This document shows, one piece after another, positions 1-12,931 of a stretch of 64,000 nt of DNA (position 1 is the first letter of the stretch; each line of letters opens with the position of its first letter). Source of the stretch: the human T2T-CHM13v2.0 reference genome, Homo sapiens; the NCBI RefSeq assembly GCF_009914755.1, contig NC_060931.1; one strand, written 5' to 3'. The notes beneath the pieces were generated by a model. It was not told the DNA's origin. It made no database searches and saw only the letters and a program-made list of their open reading frames with translations. The position numbers and the translations under genes were made by a program.

Positions 1-252
<252 letters not shown>

Positions 253-1069
253 CTAAAAAGACATTTCTAATTAGAAAGTGTAGTGTGAACTTTTGCCGTA
301 GTTGGACTTCTCTCCATGTGGGCCCTTAAACACTGATATCTCAGTCATATGAAGCTATCAAGGACCAAAATAAGGGGGCATTTGCCTTTTCTGTCAGTGC
401 AGAACCAATAGGGGCCAGGCCAGGTATGACCAACCCATTGTATGTGCAGTGGCTTGCTCCATCTTTCTGTCTCTGGTTTATGTATGTGATCATTTGCGGA
501 TTCCAGCAGGTACATCCTCTCCAATACCTTACCTGGTAAGCTGTCTAGTAAGGTTTATATTTCAGACCATTGGGGGATCCCCCTCTTCATGGCACACACT
601 GTGCCTGTTGCCTAATATTCCTTTATTGTCTGCAGCATCCAGGACCAATTTAAATGTCACTTTGTGAAACTTCCTCAGACCCTCCTCTAGAGCAAGTTAG
701 TCACTGCCTCTTCTGTGCCTTGCTTTGAGGTTATTGTCATCACTGAACCTGACCCAGTGTATTGTAATTACTTCAGACGGTCTCTCCCACCAGAGTTTAT
801 CCTCCTCTGTGCAAGTGCTATTTTTTAGTCCTATCTGTCTACCTTAGAACCTTCTGCAGTATTTGGTGTATTGTTCTGTCTGTGGCAATTGTCTGGTAAA
901 TGTTTTATCAGACAAGTCTCTGATGCAATGGGATGGAGTGGAATTAATAGTTTTAATCATGACCATGGCCCGAAATAGCCGTTTGACAACATCCAAGCCA
1001 CTCACTCTCTCAGACTCTCACGCTGGGTTGTGTAAATTGAATTCTTTCAAATGAGCATAAGTTAAAAAA

Positions 1070-1230
1070 TACTTAGCACTTACCATGTGCTAGGTACTTT
1101 GTAATTAAGCATTTTACTTACATAAACTCATTTAATTTTACAATAACCTAGTGGAGTACATTTCAGTTTCATAGATAGTGAAAAAGACACACAGAACGGA
1201 GGTTACCTGCTCAGTTCAAACCCTGGAGTG
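1070..1230 (-). mobile_element. MIR fragment
   Basis: agcacttaccatgtgctagg...ctcatttaattttacaataacc resembles the MIR 3' half in antisense. Confidence 0.65.
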
Positions 1231-2609
1231 TAGCCTGTGAGTGTATATTTCTTTTTGCATGTGGTTAATAAATTAATGTTGTATTTACAGCTTTGCAGAG
1301 CTGGGATGCCCTTAACACATGCAGCTCTGGACCTATATAAGCTGTCAGGTGTAGAAGAGTGAGCAGGAAAACCTTGTGGGGGTAACTGATTCCTTGTACA
1401 AAAGAACCAGATTTCAGTTAGTGATGAAAATGGAGGAAGTGAAGAATCCAAGTCGAATGATAGAAAAGGTTATGTGTCGTTGGGCAAGGGTTCAAAAGAC
1501 CTAGTTGTCTTGATTAGAGAGGAGGGGAGCTGAGGGAAAATGAGTCACAGAGGAGGAAATAATGAAGATGAAGTGGCCAGAGAAGACGGGCTCCTGCAAG
1601 GAGGGGCCTGGGTTTTAGATAGCCTCCAAGAAGGACAGGAAGTGTGGCCTGATGGGATTAGCTAGTCTCAAGACACCAGGTAGAATGCAGGCCATCTTTG
1701 TAGACTGGGCCTTGGGGTGTCCAAACCATGAAATGCATGGCAGAGTGTGGACACACTTGTTTGTTTATACTCTTTCTCCCATCCTGTACAATGAGGCAGA
1801 ACATGAAGGAAAAATTAACAAACACCCCAAGTCTCCTGACACAGGGATCAAAACATATTGATGATGTCTTGCAAATCTGATAATTTCATTGAACCATGTG
1901 AAGCTTAAAATTGATACATAGGCATACCCTTAACATTAAGTGCTGCTGTCAGTCTGACATAGCTGGATAAACCAATGTTGAATAATCTATTAAATATGTC
2001 AGACTTGAACAAAGAACGTAAATCATATTATATTATTTCAGCTGTAATTAGGTGGGAGATAAAATCACAAATAGATGAGTTTAGTGAATATTTCTTAGTG
2101 TGTACACAGTGTCACTGGAATTTCTTTCCTTGCTCTATGGGAAGAAAGAAATTGACTGCCTTCCAAGTATTGACTGCTGTCCAGGAAGTGGGAGGTTGAA
2201 GGGTGACTTATGTAATGTTCACAGAGTGGGTTTCATTTATAAATTCAATGAGATTAGCTACAATCTTCCTGAAGTTAATGGTGATGGAAATGCACCATTC
2301 TGCATTTAGCTGGAAATAGCTAGCTATCCAACTTGGAGACTTAATTGTTCCTCAGATTATGATATGTTTGCATTTATATCTCCCTCCCCTCCTTTCCTGG
2401 GAGCTGGCTGCTGCCTTTATTGTCTAGAAATTAATAATGCAGACCAGAGCTTGTGGGTGAACAGGGCGATGTATTGCCAGTCTTTTGATGTTCCTGTTTC
2501 CCAACCCACGGAGTAAACTTGATTATTGAGAATAAACAAGGGACATAAACTAAGGTGGAAAAGATAAAGAAATTGCATTAGGAGGGTCCAGTGAACTGAG
2601 CTGTAGCTA

Positions 2610-2725
2610 AGAAATGGAGATAATTCTAGTCATTACTTCACGGGGTTGTTGTGAAGGGTGAAATATATGTTAAACCTTCAGAACAGTGCCTGCCATGTAG
2701 CAAGTGTTTCAGTATATATCAAGTT
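2610..2725 (+). mobile_element. MIR fragment
   Basis: aaatggagataat...gggttgttgtgaagg...gaacagtgcctgccatgtagcaagtg. Confidence 0.7.
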
Positions 2726-3318
2726 GCTTTCATTGTTATAAGAAAACTAATTGGCATTTGTGGTGGATGGTCAGGGTGGTGTGAATGTGAAATTCAAGAG
2801 CATAAACATGGTTGTTTCCTCCCAGATGGTTGGTATAGTGAAACAGACAGTTAAGGGTAAGGAAGTGTAGGCCCTCATTGGGGCTACACATCACAGCATG
2901 CTATTAATATAAGCAGTGTATACTGGTCATCTTTTATTGAGAGGCTATGGCTTTTTTGTGTGTGTGCTGGTGGTTTTTAAAATATTAGTTTGATTCATTT
3001 CAGGTGATTTTGTTAATCTAGCAAAACATCTTCTTGCACTTTTTACATTATAAATGAGGACCATAGAACTTTGTGTGGACATTGCAGTCATTCAGCAGAC
3101 ATTTAGCAAATGCGTATAATGTGTGTGAATATTTTTTTGTATGAAAGGTTTTCGACACCTGAGACTCACTACCCTCAGCCCTGAGTTCACATGATGGGTC
3201 GGTGGATTTCCAGAGAGGCAGGTGGAGGCGCCGCAGTGGGAGCATCCTGGCTACCTGAGATGTGTTTTGAGGTGCCAGCCTCTTGGCTCCAGCTGGAGCC
3301 AATTGGCCTGTTGGGCAT

Positions 3319-3379
3319 GAGCTACATGGCATGTAGAGTGAGCTACATGACATGTAGAGTGAGCTACATGGAGTTAGAG
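3319..3379. repeat. 21-bp tandem repeat, about 2.9 copies, with an internal palindrome
   Basis: gagctacatg(g/a)catgtagagt twice plus a degenerate third unit. Confidence 0.9.
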
Positions 3380-4563
3380 GTGGTTATCCTACTTCTTCTA
3401 CATCACAACTTTGCAGAGCGCTTCATATAAGACTTTTGTAAATTTCGGAGATAGTGTGCTTTATATAGCAAGGATTTCCAGGGACCTACTAGAGGACAAC
3501 AGAAGTCTGACATTTCCCCCTCCAGGCCAGTAGCTTGTCTTTCATTACTTTGCATAATAACTACTTCCGCTTGCTTTTTTCCCCCCTCACCTCAGCTGCA
3601 CTTAGGAGGACTTAATGACATCATTTAAAGTTAAGGATAAATATAAAACCGATCTGTTCATGAACACCAGTAAATTGCACTTAAAAAAAAATGGTTTCAC
3701 ATAAGGCAGAACAGGTTGCTACTTAAAAGAGTTAATGGCCAGTTGGTTTTAGAGTAGATCACAAAAAGAAATGTGACTTCACCCGCCAACTCCTTAGTTA
3801 AAGAAACTGTGTGTTTGCAGTGTTGGAGAACCATGGAGGAGGATTCAGAACTTTAGGCAGGAAGAACTGTGAATGAGTAGCCCTGTTATTCCCCTGGCCA
3901 CTGTGCACTCATGGCTTCTGCACATTACTGTGTAAACTCCTTTCTCACCACCTAAAACCTACCAAAGCACCCAGCGATCTTCCTGTATGTGAACTCACAG
4001 GTTTTTCTTGGATAATTTGCCTTTCCACTGACCTACTTTCAAGAGCAATTTTCCCTATAGCTTTAGCAGGTAACTAAAAAGGGGAGTGGTGAGAAAGTAA
4101 ATTTGGAGTTCCAAAGGGAAATTACTTGGCTTTGAGCTACTTAGTCAAAAACATGTATTGCATGCAGGTAGGTCCCAGGCACAGTGTTGAACACGGGGGT
4201 ACAGAAGTGAATAAACATTGCTTCTGCTGTCAAGGAGTTCACAGTCTAGTGTGGAAGATCTGTGTGCAAGTAGATGGTTTCAGTGCAGCGTGGAAACCTG
4301 CAGCAGTAGAAGTGACAAAAGGTATGTTGGTAGCACGGAAGATGCAGTGCTAGTTCCGTGTGGCAAAGGGTGAAGGTGTCTTAGAGGACTCCTTGGTCAA
4401 GAAGAGTTTGGAGGACAACAGGGAGTTTGCCTAGTAGACAATAAGGCAGATTACTGGGGCAGAGGAACAGTGGTCTCTTGGGGAGATTAGGAGCTGGGAA
4501 TCAAATTTCAAGATCAGGTTTTTTTATTTCGGTTCAGTCTCATACCTGCTGCCTGTCATGTGA

Positions 4564-4869
<306 letters not shown>

Positions 4870-5218
4870 TGACTTTTTTTACTGAGAAGAAACAGAAATG
4901 GGGATCCTTATGTCTTCATTCCTTTTGTTTGGCATAGGAAGCTGGACTGCATCCAAAATTGTTACCTTGTGCAATTTCTGGATAACTGAAGCTTACACAG
5001 CCTGAAGTGTACACAACTGGTTAATGACAGATCCGGTTCAACTCAGAAATTCACATTTGTCCAGATTCATTCAGTTGCCCTATAATCTTAAGTGTTTTTT
5101 CTGATGTTGGATTCATTCCTTCTCTTACTTGTTCAATAAATGTTTGCCAAGTATGTTATAAACAACTGTGCAGTCTGATAGAGGTATAAGGTCCTTTCTG
5201 TCAGGGAACTTAAAGTCT

Positions 5219-5510
5219 TTTTGTTTGTTTGTTTTGGAGATAGGGTCTCGCTGTATTGCCCAGACTGGAGTGCAGTGGCACGAACATTGCAACCTTCATC
5301 TCTCAGACTTAAGCCATCCTCCCACTTCAGCCTCCTGAGTGACTTGGACTACAGGCACATACCACCATGCCCAGCTAATTTTTAAGTCTTTTTTGGAGAT
5401 GGGGCTTCCCTGTGTTGCCCAGGCTGGTCTCAAACTCTTGCTTTCAAGTGATCCTCATGCCTTGGCCTCCCAAAGTGCTGAGATTATAGGCATGAGTCAC
5501 TGTACCTGGC
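5219..5510 (-). mobile_element. AluJ
   Basis: Antisense Alu; degenerate target-site duplication (TSD) ggaacttaaagtctt / ggaatttaaggtctt. Confidence 0.92.
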
Positions 5511-5787
5511 TGGAATTTAAGGTCTTAAAGTGGAAATAACTTTGAAAATATAGACTTGTATCAGATTATGAGGAGCCAGACTAAGAAGTTAAGACTTAAT
5601 GATTTATACCTCTCAGCCCAGAGAGGATGCCAGTGAGTTTCTGAATTTACAGCCTAAGGCAAATTCTTTTTGATTTCTGTGTTCCTTGACTTTATTTATT
5701 ACTGTAGGATAATGCCTTAGTGTATTTGAATAAGTTTAAAAAATTTATGCCTAAAGGTAGGTTTATGAGCTTTGCATTGTATAAAAG

Positions 5788-6014
5788 AGTACGGTATGTA
5801 AGAATGAGGACTCCAAGAGCCAAACAGCCAGCTTTTGAATCCCAGACCTACTATTTATTTATTTGAATTTTTTGGAAGGTTAGTGCGCAGCCGACCTAGT
5901 ATTTATGAGCTATGTGACCTTGGGAAGTTCATGTAAATGCAGTGTCTCTTGCCTTACATGGAAAATGTCCATGAAAATCATACCCACGTGAAAGTTATTA
6001 CAAGGATTAAGTGA
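5788..6014 (+). mobile_element. MIR with a 34-bp internal insertion
   Basis: gagccaaacagcc...ttgaatcccag...gctatgtgaccttggg...aaggattaagtga. Confidence 0.7.
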
Positions 6015-6124
6015 GGCTGGGTGCGGTAGCTCACACCTATAATCCCAGCACTGTGGGAGGCCAAGGCAGGCAAATCACTCAAGGCCGTTCATTCAAGACC
6101 AGCCTGGCCAACGTGGCGAAACAC
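6015..6124 (+). mobile_element. Alu left-arm fragment
   Basis: ggctgggtgcggtagctcacacctataatcccagc...accagcctggccaacgtggcgaaac, then homology stops. Confidence 0.9.
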
Positions 6125-6908
6125 AATACATGTATCTGCAAAGCTCAATAAGGCAAAGCATAGTAAAACAGCTTGCCTGTGTCTCATACAGGGTGCTACA
6201 AAACCTTTAAACTGGAAATGCCAAGAGGCACAGACCAAAAAAAAAAAAAAAAAAGCTTTAAGAAAAACCTTTTTCCCCAAGCCTTTGGCTTGGGGAAAGG
6301 GTGGGCTACAACAGAAAGGCTTTTTGACAGTATCCTCCCTATTGCTGCCAAACACCCAGGGAAAAACCACACCCCATATCACCAACCCCTGCCAGTGCAG
6401 CTGGGCTGTGCAGAGTTGATCTTCCACACTGGTCCTTGGAAGCAGGCGGTGCTTCAGTTCCTCTGCCAGGTGGTGTCAGGAGAACGGAGAAGGGTGCTGA
6501 TCTTTCATTCCCCTTGCTGGGCAGAACTAGTTAGTACTCCATGGCAGAGCCAGGAGTATCAGCGGGGTCCAGCCTTATGCTGAGCTTCCGTCTCTACCGT
6601 GTAGCAAAAAAATAATGTGAGTCAGCTCTCCTCCCTGGTGGCAGTGGGGCTAAGGGGAATCCCGTCGAACACCCTAACTTGGAGGAAATAAACCAGTGCC
6701 AGTCAGTGCCTCATATTCAGTGGAAAGTTGTCTGCAGGGCCAAGTTGGGAGGCGAACTTCTACCTCATTGTCTGCAGCAGGCAATGTGACCCAGTGCCCT
6801 GCTTTTTCCACTCTAGTGATGATAGCGCCCTGGAGGAAGCAGAGTCCACACCCACCACCCCATGCTACATGTCAACAGGGGTACTGCCTGCTAAGCAAAG
6901 ATGTCCAG

Positions 6909-7195
6909 GGCTGGGAGCAGTGGCTCAAGCCTATAATCCCAGCACTTTGGGAGGCCAGGCAGGAGGATTGCTTGAGGCCAGAAGTTTGAGACCAGCCTGG
7001 GCAACGTAGACCTCCGTCTCTTAAAAAAAATTTAGCTGGCGGTGGTATGTGCCTGTAGTCCCAGCTACTCAGGAGGCTGAGGTAGGAGGATCGCTTGAAC
7101 CCAGGAAATTGGGGCTGCTATGAACCATGATTGTGCCACTGTACTCCAGCCTGGGCAACAGAGTGAGACTGTCTCAAAAATAAAATAAGTAAATA
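6909..7195 (+). mobile_element. AluJ
   Basis: Full sense Alu with A-rich tail; gatgtcc(a/g)gg flanks both sides. Confidence 0.93.
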
Positions 7196-7199
7196 TCTT

Positions 7200-7555
7200 T
7201 TGATGTCCGGGATACAGTCAAAAATCTCAAGAACCAGGAAGATCACCGCATGAATGCGAATAGCCAGTAATGGATACAAGCACTGAGATGAATCGGATGT
7301 TGGAATTCTGACAAGAATTTTAAAGCAGACATCATGAAAATGCTTCAATAAGCAAGTATTTATTTATTTTAAACAACAAAAATAGGAAATCTCAGCAAGA
7401 ATTTATGGGCCTACCATGAGGGAAATTTTTGAGGTGATAGAAATATATATCTTGGCATTGTGGCTTATGCATTTGTCAGACTCAACAAATAGTGTACTTA
7501 GAGCAGGTACTTTTAATTTTCTGAGTAAAGTATACTTCAGTAAAGTTGATTTACA
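7200..7555 (+). mobile_element. Ancient L1M-type LINE fragments (ORF1-region piece, then an L1ME-like 3' end)
   Basis: gatgttggaattctgacaagaattttaaagcagacatcatgaaaatgcttcaa and tttgaggtgatagaaatat...tatacttcagtaaagttgattt resemble old L1M consensus segments. Confidence 0.5.
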
Positions 7556-9196
7556 AATCAGGGATTTTCATCCCTGAAGATTCTGGTTCAGTAGGTCTAG
7601 GATAGAGTCCAATAATTTTTTTTTTAATTAATGCCCCAGGTGGTTCTTGGGAACTCCTGATATCTCCAGAGGAACCTAGGCTAGTTGAGAATTCTTCAGA
7701 ATATTAATCTGTTAGCAATCTGTGTAAATAGAAACTAGGTCTGGTAAATTATGAATTAACCAGATAACTACTTGCAGAATAAACAGAATACATAATTAGA
7801 AATCATTAAGTGTGTTATCACCACATGGAAATAATTTTTTGTATTTTTTTTATTGGGTAGTGTTGTGAAGAATATTACATGGTATCCTTAGAAGCTGTAA
7901 ATTGTGATGCTGGGTTATAAAAAAACTGTATTGTGGTATGTTTTTGCCTCTCTCACTTAACCCCACCCTTCACTCCATTCCTTCTCAGGACACTTATCTT
8001 CTTGGTGGCTAATGGCAGGGTGGATTCCACATTTGGGAACCGCTGTTGCCTGGGCAGTCATGGTTTTCATCAGTGTGTCCCAGGGCGTGGTGCTTTCTGT
8101 CAACATCCTGCTCTCCATAGAGGCTGAGAATGATCCCTGATGCAGTCATCACGGCTTTTAGGCCTCTCCCATTGGCCTCACTTTAACCTGATGACTATCA
8201 TATTTCCATCTAGGCTGCATTTTTAAATCTTGTCAAGGAAGCCCAGGGACTCTCCTCACTGATAAGCCATTTCCAATCCAGGCCTGGGGTTGAGTCAGGT
8301 CACCTTATGTTCTTACTCTTTCCCTTGACTTAGATTGGTCTGGCTGGTCCACCCAGATAAAGTGTAGCAGTGTCTGAAGCTGGATGTGAGGGGTCGGGAA
8401 GTTGTTGATGGGGATGCCTTCATTCCGCAGCACACATTTCAAGGCAAGCAGATCATTTTCCTATAGCAGTACTGGTCAGAGCTGGATTCAGGGGAAGGCT
8501 GTCTGTGTTTCCCACGTGGGCCGGGTGAGCTGCTAGCATTTCTGTCAGTGCTAGAAGGAAAGTCATTCTTTCAATGTGGTCCCAGATTCAAAATCAGTTT
8601 TGAGTGGGTGTCAGAATGTCATTCCTGATAGCTTCTCTGTTTTGACAGTGCAAATACCCCGGTCTCATTTCTCTGCTTTTAAATAATAGATCCTTGAGAT
8701 TGGCCCTGGGTAGGAGACCTCCCCCACCCCACTTCTTTCTCTGAGTTCACCATGGGATTCTCCTAATCTAGCCAGAGCTGGATTTGATCCTTGGGTCACT
8801 CCTGTGGTCTCTAGCCCTCCTCAGTGCTTACTTAGTTGGTCTTTGTTTCTATTGGTTGTTTTTGCATGTGTCGTGGTTATCGTCATCATATGACTAATGT
8901 CAGGGGGTCAGGCACAGTTATAGCTTCTAATTGTGTTGCGCTTTTGGCAAGGGAACTATGTGTGGGGGAAAAATACTTATTAGGAATCGTCAGCCTGCAT
9001 TAAAGGGTCGTAATACTTGAACAATTTGCACATGATATCTATCTCTACATCCTATATGGACTGTGCTTTCTAGGAGGGATTAGTTAGGTTTTTCCTTTCC
9101 TAGTATAGAACCAGGACTAGTAGGGGAAGGCATAGAGGAAAATACTATGGTTCTGTTTCAGAGAGAGCATTCTTGCAGGGGTTTCCCAAATGTAAA

Positions 9197-9496
9197 TTTT
9201 TTTGTTTTTTAGAGATAGTGTCTCAGTCTGATACTCAGGTTAGAGTACAGTGGTTTGATTACAGCTCACTGCAACCTTGAACTCCTGGGCTCCGGTGAGC
9301 CCCTCGCCTCAGCTTCCCAAGTTAGTGAGACTACAGGTGCACGCCACCATACCCAGCTAATTAAATAAAAATATTTTGTAGAAATGGGGTCTTGCTATGT
9401 TTCCCAGGCTGGTCTTGAACTCCTGGCCTCAAGTAGTCCTTCTGCCTCAGCCTCCCAAAGTGCTGGGATTACAGGCATGACCCACCATGCCTAGTC
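9197..9496 (-). mobile_element. AluJ
   Basis: Antisense Alu; TSD aaatgtaaat. Confidence 0.92.
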
Positions 9497-10928
9497 AAAA
9501 ATGTAAATATTAGGTCTTATGTTACTGAAGGTATTCCAGGAATGTTTGGATGTGGTACAGAAGATGTGGGTATTGGGAAACCTCTAAGAATATTTCCAAA
9601 TTTTATCTTCTGTTGTTCTTTAAAAAAAATATAAGCTGTGAATACAACCGTGGAACCACAAGTAATACAAGAGGAGCTGATTTCTTGGTGCCTGCACTGC
9701 TGACTAAAGATCCAGTCTGGTTGCTTATTCAGTAAACCTTTGAGTTAGTGCAGGGAGTCACTCTCTGTTTTCTCAGGGAGCCCTTATTTGAGTAACTGTC
9801 ATTACCTCTTTCCCTAACCCACTACCTTTAATTGTCCTTCTGTGGTTAGAAAAACTTAGTGTTTGAAAGGCATAGTATCTCAAGGGAACTTTAGAAGTAT
9901 ATCTTACCTTTGCTCTTGGGCATTTCCAGATGACCCTGGCAGTGTGGCCACAAGCAAACTGGAGAAGGCTGCCAGTATGTGCACGTTTTAATAAATGGAG
10001 GATATCTAGCACCTCCTAACCCTTACCTTCTCCTCCATCTCATCCCATTTTCTGATTGAACAGTCACGTTATTTCTAGTCTTAAATACTTAGCTTTTCTA
10101 GTTGTGTTAATGGAATTGTTGTATGTATTTCAGTTGTATTACTTAAGTGTCTTCTAAAAGACATTTGTATACTTTATAATTCAGAGAAAATTCTTTGGTT
10201 GATTGAAGATCTTGCTACCAGGTCCTGGTGGAAGCAGCTAGAATTTCTTAAGCAGTTCCTGTGAATGTTTCCTTTTTATGTAGATCATTTCTTGGAAAGC
10301 TGTGTTTTAAAATAAAGCTCTACAGGCACTACTGTTTTACTCTAAGGCCTTTGAGCTCTGATATCTAAGACATATTTATTTCTTCAACTATGCCCAGGAC
10401 AGTGCTTTGCATTCAATAGGTGACCAGTAAGTGTTGAGTTTTGTTGAATATAAAATTATTTACAAATGATTTTTTGTTTTTTCCCTTTAAAAATTAGGCT
10501 TCCGAGAAAACTTTGGGCTTCAGAGTCCCTGCTTCCAAGCCCCTCTTTGTAACACTCTATGAAATGAAAAGCATCTTTGGATGGTATGGGGAGAGCTGAA
10601 CCATGTGAGGTGGGAGGGCGTTGGCCTTTAATCAGGTTTCTGGGGACAGATCACTCATGCTGGTTCATGCTGGCCCAAGGCTGTCTTCTTTCTTGTTTGT
10701 GGATGTGGGTTATGTTCCTATACTGAGATGTGCTGGATGAAAAGCTAATAAATATTAATGAAGCAGTTACTTCTGTCAGGCACAGTATTGGCTAGAGAGA
10801 TAGGTAGAAATAAATAGAAAATACAGTTCTTGACTTTGAGAACCTTATTGTGTAATTGGAAAGGTAAAATGTAAATGCCTTAAAAGTTAATTAACAGTAA
10901 TTCTTAAGGATCCTTAGATTGTCTAATA

Positions 10929-11008
10929 CAGTGGTTCTCAAACATTAGTGTCCCTCAGAATCTCATGGAGAGTTATTAAAATACAAATCACAGGGCCTTA
11001 TCCCCATA

Positions 11009-11039
<31 letters not shown>

Positions 11040-11123
11040 ACTCATTTGGTCTGTGTCATGAGAATTTGCATTTCTCAGTTACCAGATATTGCTGGTCCAT
11101 AGACCACACTTGGAGAACTACTG
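10929..11123. mobile_element. MER5A-like hAT-Charlie DNA transposon fossil with internal (TA)n-Tn
   Basis: Terminal inverted repeats cagtggttctcaaa ... ttggagaactactg. Confidence 0.75.
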
Positions 11124-11131
11124 GTGTGGTG

Positions 11132-11309
11132 CAGTTATTCTCAACCTTGGCTGTATGTTAGAATCACCCAGGGAGTTAAAAAAAAAACCCATGCCAAGAC
11201 CCCACCCACTGTAGACCACTTAAATCAGAATCTCAGTGGGGTAGGACCTAAGCATTTTTTTAAAGCTCCCCAGATAGTTGTAATGTGCAGTAAGGTTTGG
11301 GACTTACTG
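11132..11309. mobile_element. MER5B-like DNA transposon fossil
   Basis: cagttattctcaaccttggctgtatgttagaatcacc ... taatgtgcagtaaggtttgggacttactg. Confidence 0.75.
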
Positions 11310-11819
11310 CTCTAACGTGTCAGGGCCACAGAACTTTGGATTCAGAGATATGATGTTACCATGGGCTGCAGCAGTGTGGACAGACCAGAGGAGTTAGCCT
11401 GATCTTAAAGAATGATAAATAAAGAAAAAGGAATGATTTTTGTTCTTGTAAAGTTAATGCTGGGAACAAGCCAGTTGGTTTTCTAGCTGTTTCTTGGGAC
11501 AGACTGATGAGTTTGTGAGCTCTTAGGAGTCAGCATGATTTCCCATTCAGCGTGAGCTAATGAGTGGGACTGAGGTGTGGGTCACCACCATCAATAATAA
11601 GCATTCACTGACCACATTCTCTTTTTCCTGATATAGATGAGCTTGTGTTTATCCTAACAAGCTTAGATGTGTGTGTGTTTGGGGTGGGGTGTGGTTGTGG
11701 ACTGTGCAATAGTGAGAGGCTGAACTTTGAAAAATGACTTTGCCATTTTTACATTTCATCTCTTTAAGCCTCTGTTTATTCATGTATAAAAGAAAGTACT
11801 ACACATAGTTGTGAGCCTT

Positions 11820-11850
<31 letters not shown>

Positions 11851-11851
<1 letters not shown>

Positions 11852-11961
11852 GAGTCTGGGTCTTGCTATGTTGCCAAGGCTGGTCTTGAACTTCTTGGGC
11901 TCAAGTGATCCGTCTCTGCCTCCCAAAGTGCTGGGATTACAGGTGTGAGCCACCGTGCCTG
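11851..11961 (-). mobile_element. Alu left monomer (FLAM-like)
   Basis: gggtcttgctatgttgccaaggctggtcttgaac...gggattacaggtgtgagccaccgtgcctg. Confidence 0.88.
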
Positions 11962-12258
11962 TTTGTTAGTATGTGTGTGAATACTACTACAATTTTAGGA
12001 ACACTGTTTTATTTATTTAGGGACCCCCAGAATCTATCAGTGAGCCTGACACATAGTGTCTGTGCAGTGAATCCAGATTGGTTGAATGAATTGGAAAGGT
12101 TGTCTTTTCACATTGACTGCCCAGGCATTAGAAAGGATGGGAAGAGCTTGTTTCCTGATCTTTACAAAAAATGCTGCCACCTTGGGTTTTCCAACTTAGG
12201 CAAGAAATCTGTTATGTTCAAAATAAAGGAGTATAACTTAAAAAATATATAGATAGAA

Positions 12259-12569
12259 GCCAGGCGCAGTGGCTCACACCTGTAATCCCAGCACTTTGGA
12301 AGGCCGAGGAAGGCAGATCATGAGGTCAGGAGTTCGAGACCAGCCTGACCAATGTGGTGAAACCTTGTCTCAACTAAAAATACAAAAATATAGCTGGGCT
12401 TGGTGGCACATGCCTATAATCCCAGCTACTCAGGAGGCTGAGGCAGGAGAATCACTTGAACTCGGGAGGCGGAGGTTGCAGTGAGCCCGAGATTGCTCCA
12501 CTGCACTCCAGCCTGGGTGACAGAACGAGACTCCATCTCAAAAAAAAAAAAAAAAATTAAAAAAAAAAA
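12259..12569 (+). mobile_element. AluS (Sg-like)
   Basis: Full sense Alu, gatcatgaggtcaggag, long A tail. Confidence 0.95.
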
Positions 12570-12639
12570 TATATATGGAAATACATTTTCTCAGTGTGTA
12601 TACTAGTCATAGCTACCTGTGACTTATTCTTTATTTTGT

Positions 12640-12931
12640 GTATTTTTTTCAGACAGGGTGTTGCTCTGTCACCCAGGCTGGAGTACAGTGGTGCAATTAG
12701 AGCTCACTGCAGCCTGGACCTCCTGGGCTCAAGCAGTCCTTTCACTTCAGCCTCTGCAGCAGCTGAGACTACAGGTGTATGCCACCATGCCCAACTAAAA
12801 TTTTCCATCTTTTCTAGAGATGGGGGTCTTTCTATGTTGACCAGTGTTCTTGAACTCCTGGCCTCAAGTGATCCTCCCACTTTGGCCTCCCCAAATACTG
12901 GGATTACAGATGTGAGCCACCACAGCTGGCC
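12640..12931 (-). mobile_element. AluJ
   Basis: Full antisense Alu; tacctgtga flanks both sides. Confidence 0.93.

Noticed and set aside
3313-3372. Clustered CATG cores as a p53 response element
   Set aside because: Core spacings (1, 5 and 12 nt) do not match the 6 nt between cores in RRRCWWGYYY x2, and the flanks fit poorly
6625-6650. ccctggtggcag as a CTCF site
   Set aside because: Only a partial match; it lacks the GGCGC-type end of the core motif
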